The notes below the pieces were generated by a model, which did not search any database, had not been told where the DNA came from, and saw only the letters and a program-made list of their open reading frames with translations. A program made the translations under genes and the position numbers. Shown here in pieces: positions 63,655-64,000 of a stretch of 64,000 nt of DNA. How positions within the stretch are numbered: the stretch's first letter is position 1; each line of letters begins with the position of its first letter. Source of the stretch: Cetorhinus maximus (Eukaryota); assembly GCF_964194155.1 (NCBI RefSeq), contig NC_135891.1, forward strand, positions 78,120,001-78,184,000. The letters run 5' to 3'.

Positions 63655-64000
63655 ATAATTGGTTCTAGTACTCTAGACAGCAACCATTCTAAATGATGGG
63701 CATCCCTTAATTTTGTGTTGAATAACTTCAGTAATAGAATTCAATACATTTTGTTTTGGCTCTAGTTTATCTCCATTAGTCATGCATATTGTTGTCCTTC
63801 AGTATTATCCCACTACACTGGGAGAGCCAAATGGGTAACCCAGCTTTAGAACAATGGAGGAAACTAATTGGAGAAATTTCATGAAAGAATGGGCTCCACT
63901 CTGGAGCCCTTGTTACCAATGCTTAAAACTGCATTTGAGATCCTATCAGTAGATCAGAAACTTGTTCCCAGCTCACTGACTGACTGAACCCTCCTGTTAC

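Larger units (their letters stand above)
1070..64000 (+). repeat. Tandem segmental array of five ZP-gene units starting at about 1070, 12310, 26691, 44206 and 55244
   Basis: The same order of elements recurs five times with high identity: CR1 fragment, PLE-like repeat, DNA transposon end, promoter, 9-exon gene, spacer. Unit length differences are explained by private LINE insertions. Confidence 0.95.
56645..64000 (+). pseudogene. ZP1/ZP4-like gene copy 5, disabled, partial (continues past the window)
   Basis: Exons 56645-56870, 59696-59874, 59947-60044, 60108-60241 and 60328-60517, with TGG>TAG at 60345-60347. The window ends at the exon 6 acceptor (ctcctgttac). TATA is changed to CATAAAA at 56593-56599. 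Confidence 0.85.

Overview
Eukaryotic vertebrate DNA. The repeat landscape (CR1-type LINEs with short-repeat tails, Tx1 LINEs, Penelope-type terminal repeats) suggests a cartilaginous fish, which is an inference. Almost the whole window (from about 1070 to beyond 64000) is a head-to-tail tandem array of five 11-18 kb units. Each unit carries one + strand, 9-exon ZPB-class (ZP1/ZP4-like) egg-coat gene: signal peptide, trefoil, 10-Cys ZP module, KRRR furin site, EHP and TM, with no N-terminal ZP-N1 domain. Copies 2 (13719-20407, 433 aa) and 3 (27947-37846, 432 aa) splice to intact ORFs. Copies 1, 4 and 5 carry independent nonsense or frameshift lesions, and each has also lost a promoter element (distal CCAAT or TATA). 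Copy 5 runs off the window just before exon 6. Shared and private transposon insertions show block duplication and patchwork gene conversion. Notable details: an 80-aa TFF-like truncation product predicted from copy 4, a LINE partly erased by paralog conversion, two Tx1 elements in the same 11-bp target, a 41-bp monomer array at a CR1 5' end, and decayed hammerhead ribozyme motifs upstream of each gene. All exon coordinates were read by eye from GT/AG junctions and cross-copy comparison.
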